Source: Proteromonas lacertae | Lineage: Eukaryota | Direction: 5' to 3' | Length of the DNA stretch: 30,586 bases | NCBI GenBank assembly: GCA_002245135.1 | Contig: NGBS01000897.1 | Location: 62,001-92,586, forward strand | Shown here: positions 12,729 to 24,361 of the stretch, one piece after another | How the letters are laid out: every line of letters starts with the position of its first letter | Position numbering within the stretch: the first letter of the stretch is position 1 | Notes under the pieces: model-generated | What the model was told of the DNA's origin: nothing | Databases searched by the model: none | The model's input: only the letters and a program-made list of their open reading frames with translations | Position numbers and translations under genes: made by a program

Positions 12729-13240
12729 GGTGAATCGTCTGCTTTAGAACCTTTACAAGCTCAAACAAAGTTTCAAGAGTTTTTAAGAGATTATAGTGAA
12801 AACAATATTTATATCTACAGGTATATATAAATATATTGATTATTCTTATCACTAGAAAATCATTATTGTTTTACTTGATGTATTACAAATAGAGACAAAT
12901 TGTTATTTACCACAAGTACATTAAACAATTATTATTACTTATCAATAGTATGAAATTGCAGCTCAAAGAGTAGTAGAAAATGAGTTAAATGCAGAAAATT
13001 CTCCCTCAATCAATGTCTTATTAAAATTTTCACAAAACTCAATATCAATCCGATCATTAAATGTATAAATGAAATGATTTTTAATGTACATATATATAAT
13101 AGGCAAATCATGTGAACAAGCTAGTCAGTATATCAGGACTTATAATCAGTGCATCTCTTTAAAGACCAAAAGCCATCAAAGTATATCCCAGTTCCTTCTG
13201 CATTTGGAAATGTTCAATTACCTATGAATTATGTTGGTTA
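12729..13240 (+). pseudogene. MCM5: MCM5-like replicative helicase N-terminal fragment, introns retained
   Basis: TKFQEFLRDYSENNIYIYR / CYLPQYEIAAQRV..PSINVLLKFSQNSISIRSLN / ANHVNKLVSISGLIISAS..RPKA..FGNVQLP. Introns at 12821-12855, 12916-12948, 13063-13102. In-frame stop and deletions. Confidence 0.7.
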
Positions 13241-13783
13241 GTTTAAACATTCACAACAAAGCATTCATCAAAAGAAGAATAATCGTGAATATTTAAATTC
13301 GCTTATTTATATGCTCAGTTATTGATAGTTGATGCTAGTTTTTTCTATTGGCCTATTGATGTTCCTGGTTCAGGTACAATTTATCTACAATAACTAGTTC
13401 AAGATTAACAATTGGTAGAACCAACGTTTAGATAAATTTACTAGTGATGATTATTATTGGAATGAGCTTAAAACGATTGAGTTTGAATGAATTTAATAAA
13501 GAGATAATGAAAGAAAACGAAATATCTAATCTTTTAAATAGAATTATGATTTAAATCCTTAAAAACAAATAAAAAATCAATGAATATAATAATAAATTGA
13601 AGTTGTTCATAAGTATAAAGATATGTTACTCTTCAAGTATAATTCTAAGAATTCTTTTTCGATCTTGAATATATAGATTTGTAAGTTCTTCCCTTAATGT
13701 TTTTATAACTGTTTCATCATTTATATAGCCGTATTTATTTAAACAGAATATTGAATGGATGCAACTCATGCGTGTTACTGATT

Positions 13784-14135
13784 TCACCACAACTCATTGA
13801 AATCATCATCATCATCCTCTTGATCCTTCGGTAGTATTGAATAATGCCCATAAGGTAATGTTCTAATGTGATCGATAAAGTACCTCTTATCATCAAAGGG
13901 AGTGAAACTATCTTGTTCTCTTCACATTTCAATAAGTTCAACTAGCCAGTGTCCTTGTAATTGTCATAGACGATTCCTCTATCCCTTAAGATGTCAACGT
14001 TGAGATTGCCAGTGTCCATTATCCGCATGAACTGCTTATGCTCCATAATATCTCGATAGATGTCTTCAGTCTGACACTTGTAAAGTAAGGAGTCGTATCA
14101 GTCATAAGTAACTTCAAGGAGGATCCATACAACTG
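13784..14135 (-). pseudogene. Polinton/adintovirus-type family B DNA polymerase C-terminal fragment
   Basis: QLYGSSLKLLMTD(T)DSLLYKCQTEDIYRDI (motif C, 1-nt deletion at ~14095) and FTPFDDKRYFIDHIRTLPYGHY C-terminal signature. One stop, two frameshifts. Visibly more GC-rich than flanks. Confidence 0.85.
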
Positions 14136-14322
14136 ATATTCCCTTAGGGAAGAAGACTCCGTAGGAAGTATACCCTGGTACAAGTGTCAGAGTTCTAACG
14201 AGTTTTCTAATGATATTTGATATTTCTGTGTTTTCAGAAGATATTGTTTAGTATTTAATGAGATATGTTTTATTTTATGAATTAAATAGAAAGAGTTTTA
14301 TTACATAATTAATTTAAAAGTA

Positions 14323-16048
14323 ATGAATGATTCTAGTATAAGCAAAAGTGACAAAGAATTATCCGATTATTCTGATACTGAAGATTATTACACTCACGAA
14401 AGACTAGATGAAAAATTATCAGAATTAAAAAATGTATTAAGTAGTGTTGATTTAGAAAGTGAAGAAAATTATGATGCAAAAGTAGCAGGCTAGTTTACTG
14501 AAGAAATATGAAGATAATTTTGAAGATATAGTAAGTCCAACGAATAGTTTACTATTCAATTATTCTAGTCCTGATACTTCAATAGATTTATCTGATTCCG
14601 ATTCCATAGATTTAGGTGAATCTCCCTTATCCCCTAATCTAATTCCAGAACCAGAACCACCACCATCACATGTACCATCTGTGTTTGTAATGCAAGATGA
14701 ATTGTTATTAAAAGCAGATTTACCCAAACAATTAATTCCATTAAATACAATTAATATATCCTATTCTCAACCACAACCTCCTCTTTTACCGCCACCAGAG
14801 TCATCATCACCTCCCTTAAAACCGGAATTAACATCTCAATTACAACCAATTTCTGTATTTCAATCAATAATTAAACCTGAACCAGATGTTAATGAACCAA
14901 TTTCTCCTTTACCTCCTCCATCTGATATTCCATTTTCATCATCCAAAATAACGGTATATATTAATATATATTCTATATGTCTAATAGTTGCCATTTAATT
15001 TTCTAATTGATTCTCGATGTGGTAAATCTTATTTAAGTGTGAAAGATATAAATGAATTAGATGGTGAAATAGAAGAATATAATCCACCCTCAGAATTAGA
15101 TTTAGATATATCTAATAATAATAAAAATGGAAGAAGTAAAAATGATATAATTTATCCAATGTCTTATCCATGGACAAATGAACCAGCTGATTTTCACACA
15201 TTAAAACGAGAAATGGATCAAATCACTCAAGAAATTGAAGATATTCAAACAACAATAGAAACTGGATTAAATGATATGAAAAAAGTATTAAAATTTATAA
15301 TTAATATTATATGTAATAAGTATAGTTTGATGTGAAACAAGATAGATTATTCAATTATATAAGAAACACAAAGAATCATTCATTCATTCCATATACTTTC
15401 AATTCACAGCAAATTCCACCACCTCCACCTCCTCCTGAAGATGAATATATTGCTGAATATAATAAAGTAACACAAAAAGCAAATAATATACCAAATCCAA
15501 AGGTAATTCAACCTGAACAATATCCATTAGGCAATAATGAATTATATGATAATAGAATGATAGAATCAGAATATGAAGCTGAAAATGAACTACAAGGAGC
15601 AAAACATTTATTGGGATTATTAAAGAGAGAGATAAGGCCAAGAGTAAGTATGAATGAATTAAACAATAATAATAATAGAAGAAGTATTAAAAATTCTCAA
15701 AGAAGATCAGTTTCAACATCGAAATTACAGAATTTGAAACAAAGACAAAGTATGAAACAACAACCACAACAACTGCAGAATGAACTACAGAATAACAATC
15801 CACCATTAGTCCCTTATCAAGATATAATTCGAATTTCTCAAAGTCAAAGAAAACCACATATTATTGGTAGAAATCCATCCTCACTTGTTAGTTCAACTAA
15901 AAGATCCAATAATACTCCCTCAAAACAGACAAAGAAAGTAATTACTAATAATTATATATATGTTGATCCAAGAAGATCTGTACCTTTACTACCAAGACCA
16001 AGAAAGAGAACACAACCAGTAATTATATATAAACCCAAAGAAAGATGA
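14323..16048 (+). CDS. Unknown Pro/Gln/Asn-rich low-complexity protein (one gene, two introns, one frameshift)
   Basis: ATG at 14323; extra G at ~14488. Phase-0 introns 14954-14987 and 15285-15325 join ORFs 14681, 14988 and 15332. Confidence 0.7.
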
Positions 16049-16194
16049 TCATTTATTAAGTTTTGTTTCCTAAATATTTATAGTTTGCTTACAAATATTG
16101 AGAATCTTAAAATCTTCTTCATATCCAGTGAATGAAGTTTGATAATAGTTTAAATCAATCTTTCCTGATTTCAATTCTATTTTTGAGTTATGAA
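15930..16194 (+). repeat. Direct repeat copy 1 (3' end of the 14323 gene plus probable 3' end of a convergent minus-strand gene)
   Basis: Near-identical to 22773-23070, e.g. GTTGATCCAAGAAGATCTGTAC and GAGAATCTTAAAATCTTCTTCATATCCAGTGAATGAAG. Confidence 0.92.
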
Positions 16195-16334
16195 GAAGAT
16201 ATATATCTTCAATTAGATATTATATAAAAGAAAATAATACTCTTTGATTAGCTTGATATGGTTTGTGTTTATTGATTTTGATTACTGAACATCTTCATTG
16301 TTTGATTATCAAAGAATCATTTTTGTTTTTAATA

Positions 16335-19300
16335 ATGAGTCTTTATCATAGATATGTCGATTATGATGATATAAATGAGATGCAGATGATAAAAGAAAAA
16401 CGGAATAAATATTATATAAAGAACCCTTACATTCTTGTGAGAGATTGTTATGTTGGTATTTATAGTGAGATCAAAAGAATCATTACAGTTCCTGTATTAC
16501 CGATACATACATTGTCTTCACCGCTATCACAAATAGGTCATTCACTTAAAAACAAATCCTCAGTCAAAAGTGGTAGTACAACCTCTGCAACTATTAAATT
16601 TCAACCTCAGAAGTGTTTTTTAATTTATGGAAATGAAGGCACAGGTAAAACAAGTTTATGCATGGTTTTAGCCCATTGCTTTAATAAAGATAAAGATTTT
16701 AAAGACTACAATATAATTATTGTTGGTGAAGTGACTAATGAAGTAATGTATTATTTTCGAGAAGGTAATGGTAAAGAATATTATAAGTGATAATTGTGAG
16801 ATTAAAGAAGATGATTATAGTGATGATAATGTAGTAATTATGATAAGTTCTCCCAAAGCAGATAAATACAAAGTAATGAGTAACAAAAGAGCTCCAATTC
16901 AGTTTTACATACCTCTTTTTAGTTATGCTGAGTTAGCAAAGATTGTTTATAATGTGGATAAAGAAAATTTAGTTCATAGAACAAAAGAAGAATTTAAACA
17001 ATTACTAACAAAGTGTGTCAATTATGGATATAATTTACAACATGCAGGTGATATAGAGGAATTAGGTACATATTTAATGTTTGATGCAAAGAAAGGTAGA
17101 TTGCCGTCATATATACCACCAGAATATAATGAAAATTGTTATATTTATGATGCAAAAAGAATAAATGATATACCAGATCGATTAGTATTTAAATCTGATG
17201 AAATAAAGAATTGCATAATAGGTAATTACTTCATAACTCAAGAGAATTATAAAGAATTACATGATATGTTTATGAAAGATAATGATGGAAAGATATTTGA
17301 GAGGTTGATTCATATAATATTGTCAAATAGTAGTTGTAATTATAAAGATTTGAACTTCAATAGTTATAATTTTCTATATCTTCCAACAAATAAGTGCTAT
17401 TTAGAGAAAATGGATAATATATTAAAATATTTAGATTCAAATGAAAGGTATATAAGAAAGAAAAGAGAAGATCTTACATTAATTACTGAAGAAGTAGATG
17501 GATTATATTTAGATTTTAGTGAAAGATCTAATTTCCCCTGTATTGATGGATGTATTATTAACAAATTCAACATAACTGCTGTTCAAATGACAAAAGATAA
17601 AACACACTCTGTTAAGCATAATGTAATAGCTTTGTTAGAGGTATTAATATTTATTTTATTATTATATAGATGTTTTATAATTATCATAAAGCAGCTATAA
17701 TTGACTATTTAAAAAGTCTTACTATTGATAATGAAGAAGTAGATAAAAAAATATTAATCTCATCACTTTACCAAAATGGTTATATACCAAATAAATTAAA
17801 AAGAAACTACATATTACAGATGGATGAAAGAATAAGAACATGATGTGAGACATATGTATATATTTGTATTATTTAATCTTTTTATAGTTTTTAATTAATG
17901 TGGTTAAGTATAGAAGAGATGTAGATATTTTTATTAAAGATGATTTGATTAATTTATATGGTGAAAAGAGAATGATGCAATTCAAAGAGCAAGATAACGA
18001 TATGATTGAATATAATAAATTGAAAACACAATTGAATCATATAGCAGATAATAATAAAAAAGATGATGAATTGTCTAACGTATTAGATAGACAGTTGAAT
18101 GAAATAGAAAACAGATTAGACTCTATAAATAAAGAAAATCCCAAGTTAAAGTGTGAAGATTATAGAATAATAGTAGAATTACTTACTTTAGAAAATATAG
18201 TAGATAAAATTACCGTAATAGAGTTACCACGATTACTAATAATATATCATAGTCTATCAAAGGCATCAAAAAGTTTAGTAAATATAATAATCACTAGAAT
18301 AATGACAATCGTAGAGAGTATAAAGAAATTGCAAGTAGAATTATTGGAGCAAATGAAACAATCAAATAATCAATTACAAATATTACAATTACTACATAGT
18401 TTAACATCATCACAGTTAGAATCATTTTTAATAGATATACAAACTATGCAAAATTATATACATCAACCAGTATTTATTGAATTACTAAAATTTATGAAAT
18501 TATTAGAAAAACAACCACATAAAAAATTAATACTATTTCATCAATCAATACAAAATTTACAAAGTATGCCAAAATCACGCTTAGAAATGTTAAAGAGTAT
18601 AGTAATAGCATCAAAGTTTACTCTGCCTGAAGAACTATCAACGGAATTAGAAATATTTATGAATTCATTTAAGCCCCAACAAGAAGATGAATTAAAGGAA
18701 ACACAAGTAGAAATATTGGACCTATCACAATTTTTACAAAACCAACCACAATTGGTAAGATTATTGAATGCATTACAAAAATTACATGATCAGAAAGAAT
18801 CAAAATCGCAATTAAAAGCATTACAGGAGTTAATAGGAAAATTATATAATCAATCATATGTAATTGAATTACAAAATTTAATTCAAACATTACAGAATCA
18901 ATCACAACTGCAATTATTACAAAATTCAATGAAAATATTTGAAAATCGTGAAGATCTAAATCAATTACAATACTTAACAGAAAAATTGCAGAACCAATCA
19001 TTTGTAAATGAATTGCAGGAATTAATAGATAACTTACAGGAGTTAGTAAATAAATTAGAAAGTGAGAAAGAATTACTATTGAAACAACCACCAGGTTCAG
19101 AAAAAGAGTTAAATATATTTGAAGCAGAACAATATCTTAATGAAACACAAGATTTAATAAATAAATTAAAAGCTCAGAAAGAATCGCTATCAAATCAGAA
19201 ATTAATAGAGACATTACAAAAGAATCTAGATTTGAAATCATTAGAAGAATTAATTCAAGCATTTCAAAATCAACCAAATCTTTTGACAACATTACATAAT

Positions 19301-22300
19301 TTTGTAGAAAAATTTCATAATGAACCACATCAATTAACAGCATTTTGTAGGCTATTAAATACATCACAAAACCAGAAACAACTAAATGAATTAAATAATT
19401 TAATAGAAGTATTACAAAAACAAACACCACTACATTATTTACAGAACTTAATAGCATCATTACAAGAATCATCACCACAGTTTGATAATATATTAAATTT
19501 AATGGAGATATTGCAAATCCAACCTTCACAATTAACATCATTAGTGAATATGTTTCAAGAATTTAAAAATAAACCTAATGAGCTACAATTTTTACAAGAG
19601 TCATTAATAGAATTACAAAGACAACCACTACAATTATTAGTAAACTTAGTAGAAACATTACATAACCAACCATATAGGTTAATAGCATTAGAAAATCTGA
19701 TACACACACCATTATTAACTGATGATAAAAAAAGTGATTTGAATTCTTATTATGAAGGCTTCTCATCTGACTTAGAAACTACAAAATCAGAATCAGAATT
19801 GCATTTATTGAATTATCAATTAGTATTATTTCAATACCAGCTACAAATAGTGAGTTTATATAATATTAAACAAGCAAATGAAACAGTAAAAGAAAACTTA
19901 AATAATGATGTATTGCATGATCTAGAAGACTATTTGATCGATGTAAAATGCAACGGCTGGAATAAAGAAAAGAGAAAAAGTAAAGAAAGAGAAGAGGTAA
20001 AAAATATAGAAAAAGAACAGATAAAAAATGAAATAATTAGTGTATATTATTATATCAATATTAATTATAGGAAATATCTAAAGAAGTAAATATGAAAGAT
20101 ATAAATAAAATTGATATTATTAATGAACTAAACAAATGTAACCCAATATTTAACATAGCTTTTATATTATTTAATCAAGAAACTTTTGATTTATCTCATG
20201 AAATTGGGCAAATAGAATTTAATCATTATGGAGAAAAATTAAGTATAAAAATGAAAGAAGAGATTGAACATTATTATTGTTGGGATAAACCTCTTGTATC
20301 AATAAGCAAATCAAGTCAGCCTGTAAGATCTAAAAGAAAAGCATCATCTGCACAGCCTGATAAAAATGAAAAACCAACTGAAAAGAAAAGCAAAATAGAT
20401 GATCCAAGAGAGAATATAATATCAATTAAATCTAAAAGACTTAGATATTTTAATTATCCTATCAATAGAGGCAATTTGCATAATTATTTAAGAACTGAAG
20501 GGATTCAAAGTTTATTGAAATGTTATTATTCAGAAGATTCGATTGTACTATTTCAACCAAAAGATTATTCAGATTTATCGATTGAAATATATCGAAATGA
20601 TAATAAGAATGATGATATAATATATAATTATGAAATATTTGACAAAATAATTAATGATCCAAATGTCGTTGATATAATAGAAAATGATGTTAATGATAAA
20701 GATGCGCTAACAATAAAAGAAATAATTAAGAAGGAGTATGAACGAATTGATAAAATAGTAACACTAGATATGACAAATAATGAAGTAAATCAAATTAAAG
20801 AATTAATTGAAAAACAAATCGATAATAAGGAACTAAATAAATATAAATATGAGTATCAAAAAGGATTCGAGACATTACAATTAATTTTGAATGATTTACC
20901 AGAATATTGTAAAAGCCGTACAAGTATATACATATATATATGTTTATATTGTAATATTATTATAGCTACTAATGCTATAAAAATTGATTGTAATATATAT
21001 CAGTATCCTATACAAAAAGTATATATCAGAACTGTTTATAGAGAAATATGGAATGAATTGAAAAAATATATACTATTAGTTAAATTAAGAGATCAAAGAG
21101 ATTTATTGAAATTAACATATATTAAAGAATTAGGACATATTAAAGAGGTTAGCAACAAAATAATTGATGAATTAAATAAACATAATGGAATGAAATTAAA
21201 TAGAATAATAGACAATGTAGAAACAGGATTAAATCATAACATACATATAGTAGAAATAGCATTACAAAGAAAGGAAGGGGAATTTGGAGTGAATAGTTTA
21301 ATCAGTATTTTATTAAGAGGAAATCCAGGATGTGGTAAAACATCCTTTATTATATTCTTATTGATGAAAATAATTGAATTAGGAGTTAGTATTGATGATC
21401 CAATCAGAATAAATATATTTAAAAGTAAAACTGAATATCCCTACTATAATGCATATCATTTAGCTGGTTCGAAAGTGGTTGAAGGTAAGGGAGGAAAGAA
21501 ATATGATATATCAATATCTGATTCATATAACGTTGATAAAAATATGGCAGAATCTCATATAATATTATATATTGCATCACCAGATTACAAAAACTATGAA
21601 GCATTTTTTAATGAAAAATGTGTGAAAATCTTCTATTATATGGATGTATTTAGTGATGATGAAATTGAAGAATGGGAAGACAACTGTTTACATCCTGATT
21701 TAATAAATACAGCAAAGGGGTTTAATAGTAGATATGGAAATGTTCCAAGACATATTTATTATGCATCAATATATAAAGAATGTTATGGTAAAGATTACTG
21801 GAAAGAATTATATACCAATGGTATAAAGAGAATAGTTGGTAATCTTGGTTATATGGAATTTCTAATGACCTATTTATATCCCAATAAAACTGAAAATGAT
21901 AGAATATCCAAAAAAACAACAACATTTGATAGTACATTATGTCATTATATAGTGAAATATTCAATTCCATATAAAGATGAAGAGAATAAACAGAAATATT
22001 TTGATAGAATAAATGAATATGAGATGGAATTTATTTCTGATGAAGTATTTGATTTTATTTATGATTGTGTAAAACATAAAGCTGGAAAAGATGATATAGA
22101 AACAATTCAGCTAATATATAAAGACATTTATGAAAAAGGAAACAATCCTCAATTGTTTGAATTATTATTTGGAGAATTAGTATGGTACAATATTCTATAT
22201 AATGGTGATAAATTACAAAGCTACAGTGGTATTATATTAAAAGAAATAGAACAAAAAAGATTTGAAGAATTTAAGAAATTATTCGATGAAGATATATATT

Positions 22301-22761
22301 CCACTAAAAAGAATAATATGACTGAAAACAATGAAGGAATATATTTACTTCATTTTGCTAGTGGTAAGAATAGAGAAATGATATTTATGTTGAATAATTG
22401 TTTTATTCACATAGTTAATAATGAATCACATTCAAGCGAATGTAATGATATAGCAAAAGAATGTATGATACATTTGAACATTTTATTTGGTTGGTCAGAT
22501 TTTCATTATATTTTTGTTTCATCTAAAGGAAGCAATAATCTACATCAATCAAATGATTCAATTTTTGTAACACATTTTAAAGGAATAGAAGAAATAAAAG
22601 TAATAAAAAAAGAGAATAACGAAAAGGAATATTTAGTAAATGATAAAGAACAGACTGGTAGTGTTAACATATATTACTATAATTGTGAATTTGAAAAGAA
22701 TATATATAGAGTATGTTTTGATCTTAAAGGAGACTCTGTGCTTAAATCATTTCCATTTTAA
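16335..22761 (+). CDS. Giant (~2,100 codon) tandem CR effector: NTPase B, nuclease, Q/L helical repeat rod, NTPase A, degenerate nuclease; possibly pseudogenised
   Basis: Introns 17641-17669, 17856-17887, 20042-20070 (phase 0) and 20924-20965 link ORFs 16768, 17900 and 20092. Walker A GNEGTGKT (16629) and GNPGCGKT (21319). GKIFE..SNFPCID..AVQMTKDKTH nuclease motif. One frame break at ~16745-16785 and an in-frame TGA at 17841-17843. Confidence 0.72.
18420..19710 (+). repeat. Degenerate ~17-aa coding repeat, consensus about LxxLxNLIExLQNQP
   Basis: FLQNQPQL, TLQNQSQL, KLQNQSFV, AFQNQPNL, KFHNEPHQL, ILQIQPSQL, EFKNKPNEL, ELQRQPLQL, TLHNQPYRL in ORF 17900. Confidence 0.7.
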
Positions 22762-22772
22762 AATATTTATCA

Positions 22773-23070
22773 CAAAGAATTACTAATAATTATTTATATG
22801 TTGATCCAAGAAGATCTGTACATTTACTACCAAGACCAAGAAAGAAAAAACAACCAGTAATTATAAATAAACCCAAAGAAAGATGATCACTTATTAAGTT
22901 TTGTTGCTTATGTTTGAATATTTATTCTAAAATGGATATAAAATCTTAAATGTTTATAGTTTGCTTACAAATATTGAGAATCTTAAAATCTTCTTCATAT
23001 CCAGTGAATGAAGTTTGATAATAGTTTAAATCAATGTTTCCTGATTTCAATTCTATTTTTGATTTATGAA
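22773..23070 (+). repeat. Direct repeat copy 2, cut at 23070 by a hAT element
   Basis: Matches 15930-16194, with ~38 extra nt at ~22887-22945. Starts 12 nt after the CR stop codon. Confidence 0.92.
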
Positions 23071-24104
23071 CAGGGTTGTATTTATCGGTTTTGCCTTGAC
23101 CGTCGGTCGGTCAAGCTTTACAAGCTGTATATTATAAAATCTATTTTAATTCATTATATATTAATTTTCCCTTCATAAAAACTATCTTATAATATATTTT
23201 AATACTTGATTCATATATTTTCAATTCAATTAAATAATTTGTAACTTTTTATAAAGAATTACACTTAAATACTCAACAATAATTAGGTATTTTATATAAT
23301 TATGTTCTTATTTATTTCTACTAATCATCAGTTTCATTTGTAATCTATCACATGATAAATTTGATTTGAATAAGTTACTTATTTGTCCGGCTCTGAAGAT
23401 GCTGCTATACTGTTTAAACTGTTCTTGGCAAGTATGTATACCCTAGGAAACTTGGACTTTAATGATAGCCAGATATTTCCAATGGTTTCAGAGGTGCTGT
23501 AATGAATATCATATTGCAAATATTCTTGTACTTCATTTGGCATAATTAATCTCTTTCTTTTTACTGCAAATGCATTTATCAAGGCTTTTTATATTTAACA
23601 TATTATACCAAAAGGTTTGTAAAAGTTAAAATTAAGATGTTTAAGCATATTTGCCTCTTTAAAGGCAATAACTTCACGAGCCGCTCCAATTGGTAAAACT
23701 ATACTCCTAGAATATATAATGATAGATTATATTAGATACATTTATAATAATTTTAAGAAATGATTAATGTCAAGCTAAAAGTTTGCCATTTTTTCTTTAA
23801 AATTTTTATAATCATTCTATATTTTATATTACATATATAACACAATAGAATAACTCATTGGTAAGGTTAGATTCAATTATGAAGAAAGAAAAAAGCGCAT
23901 CGACCGACGGTTAATTCGGTATTTTATAGAATGATATATAGAGCTTGAATTCAATATGTACAGTTAGATAATATTATTATTATCACATGTTTAGGAGGAG
24001 GTCAGCTAATAGTTACTACAGCCTGGTGTCGGTCAACATTTATTTATTGACCTACGACCGATCGGTTGTCTCCGTCGGTCATGACCAATTTATATAACAA
24101 AATG
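23071..24104 (-). mobile_element. Internally deleted hAT element (family A, Ds-like)
   Basis: Terminus CAGGGTTGTATTTATCGGT; degenerate opposite end GGTCATGACCAATTTATATAAC, similar to 4442-4468. CCGAC/GTCGG subterminal motifs at both ends. ORF 23379-23582 EVQEYL..W..KFPRVYILAK..AASS is a hAT dimerisation fragment. No clear TSD. Confidence 0.75.
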
Positions 24105-24361
24105 GAAGAAAGTATGTTAAATGATAAAAATAAAGTGTTGCATTATTATATATTTGGAATATACTATACGAAGGTTGTATGAAGTTGTTCTATAAATTTT
24201 GAATAGAATGATATAGAAAACGCCAAAAAATGTTATAAAATGGTTTTAAAATATAAAGAAACAAAGTATATTAATCATTATGACGATGTCGTTAAACTGC
24301 TTAATGAATTAAATAATAATATAATATAATTAGTTCTTGTTTTTCATTGATTTATATCCAA

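Noticed and set aside
13626..13769. 47-aa minus-strand ORF downstream of the polymerase relic
   Set aside because: Too short and motif-free to support, although it may belong to the same relic.
16744..16765. 22-nt GT..AG intron that would repair the CR frame break
   Set aside because: Shorter than all other introns here and removes plausible coding sequence (VMYYFREG); an indel is more likely. Unresolved without RNA data.
15930..23070. Direct repeats as LTRs of a retroelement
   Set aside because: No TG..CA ends, PBS/PPT, RT or gag; the repeat is gene-end sequence and the interior has introns.
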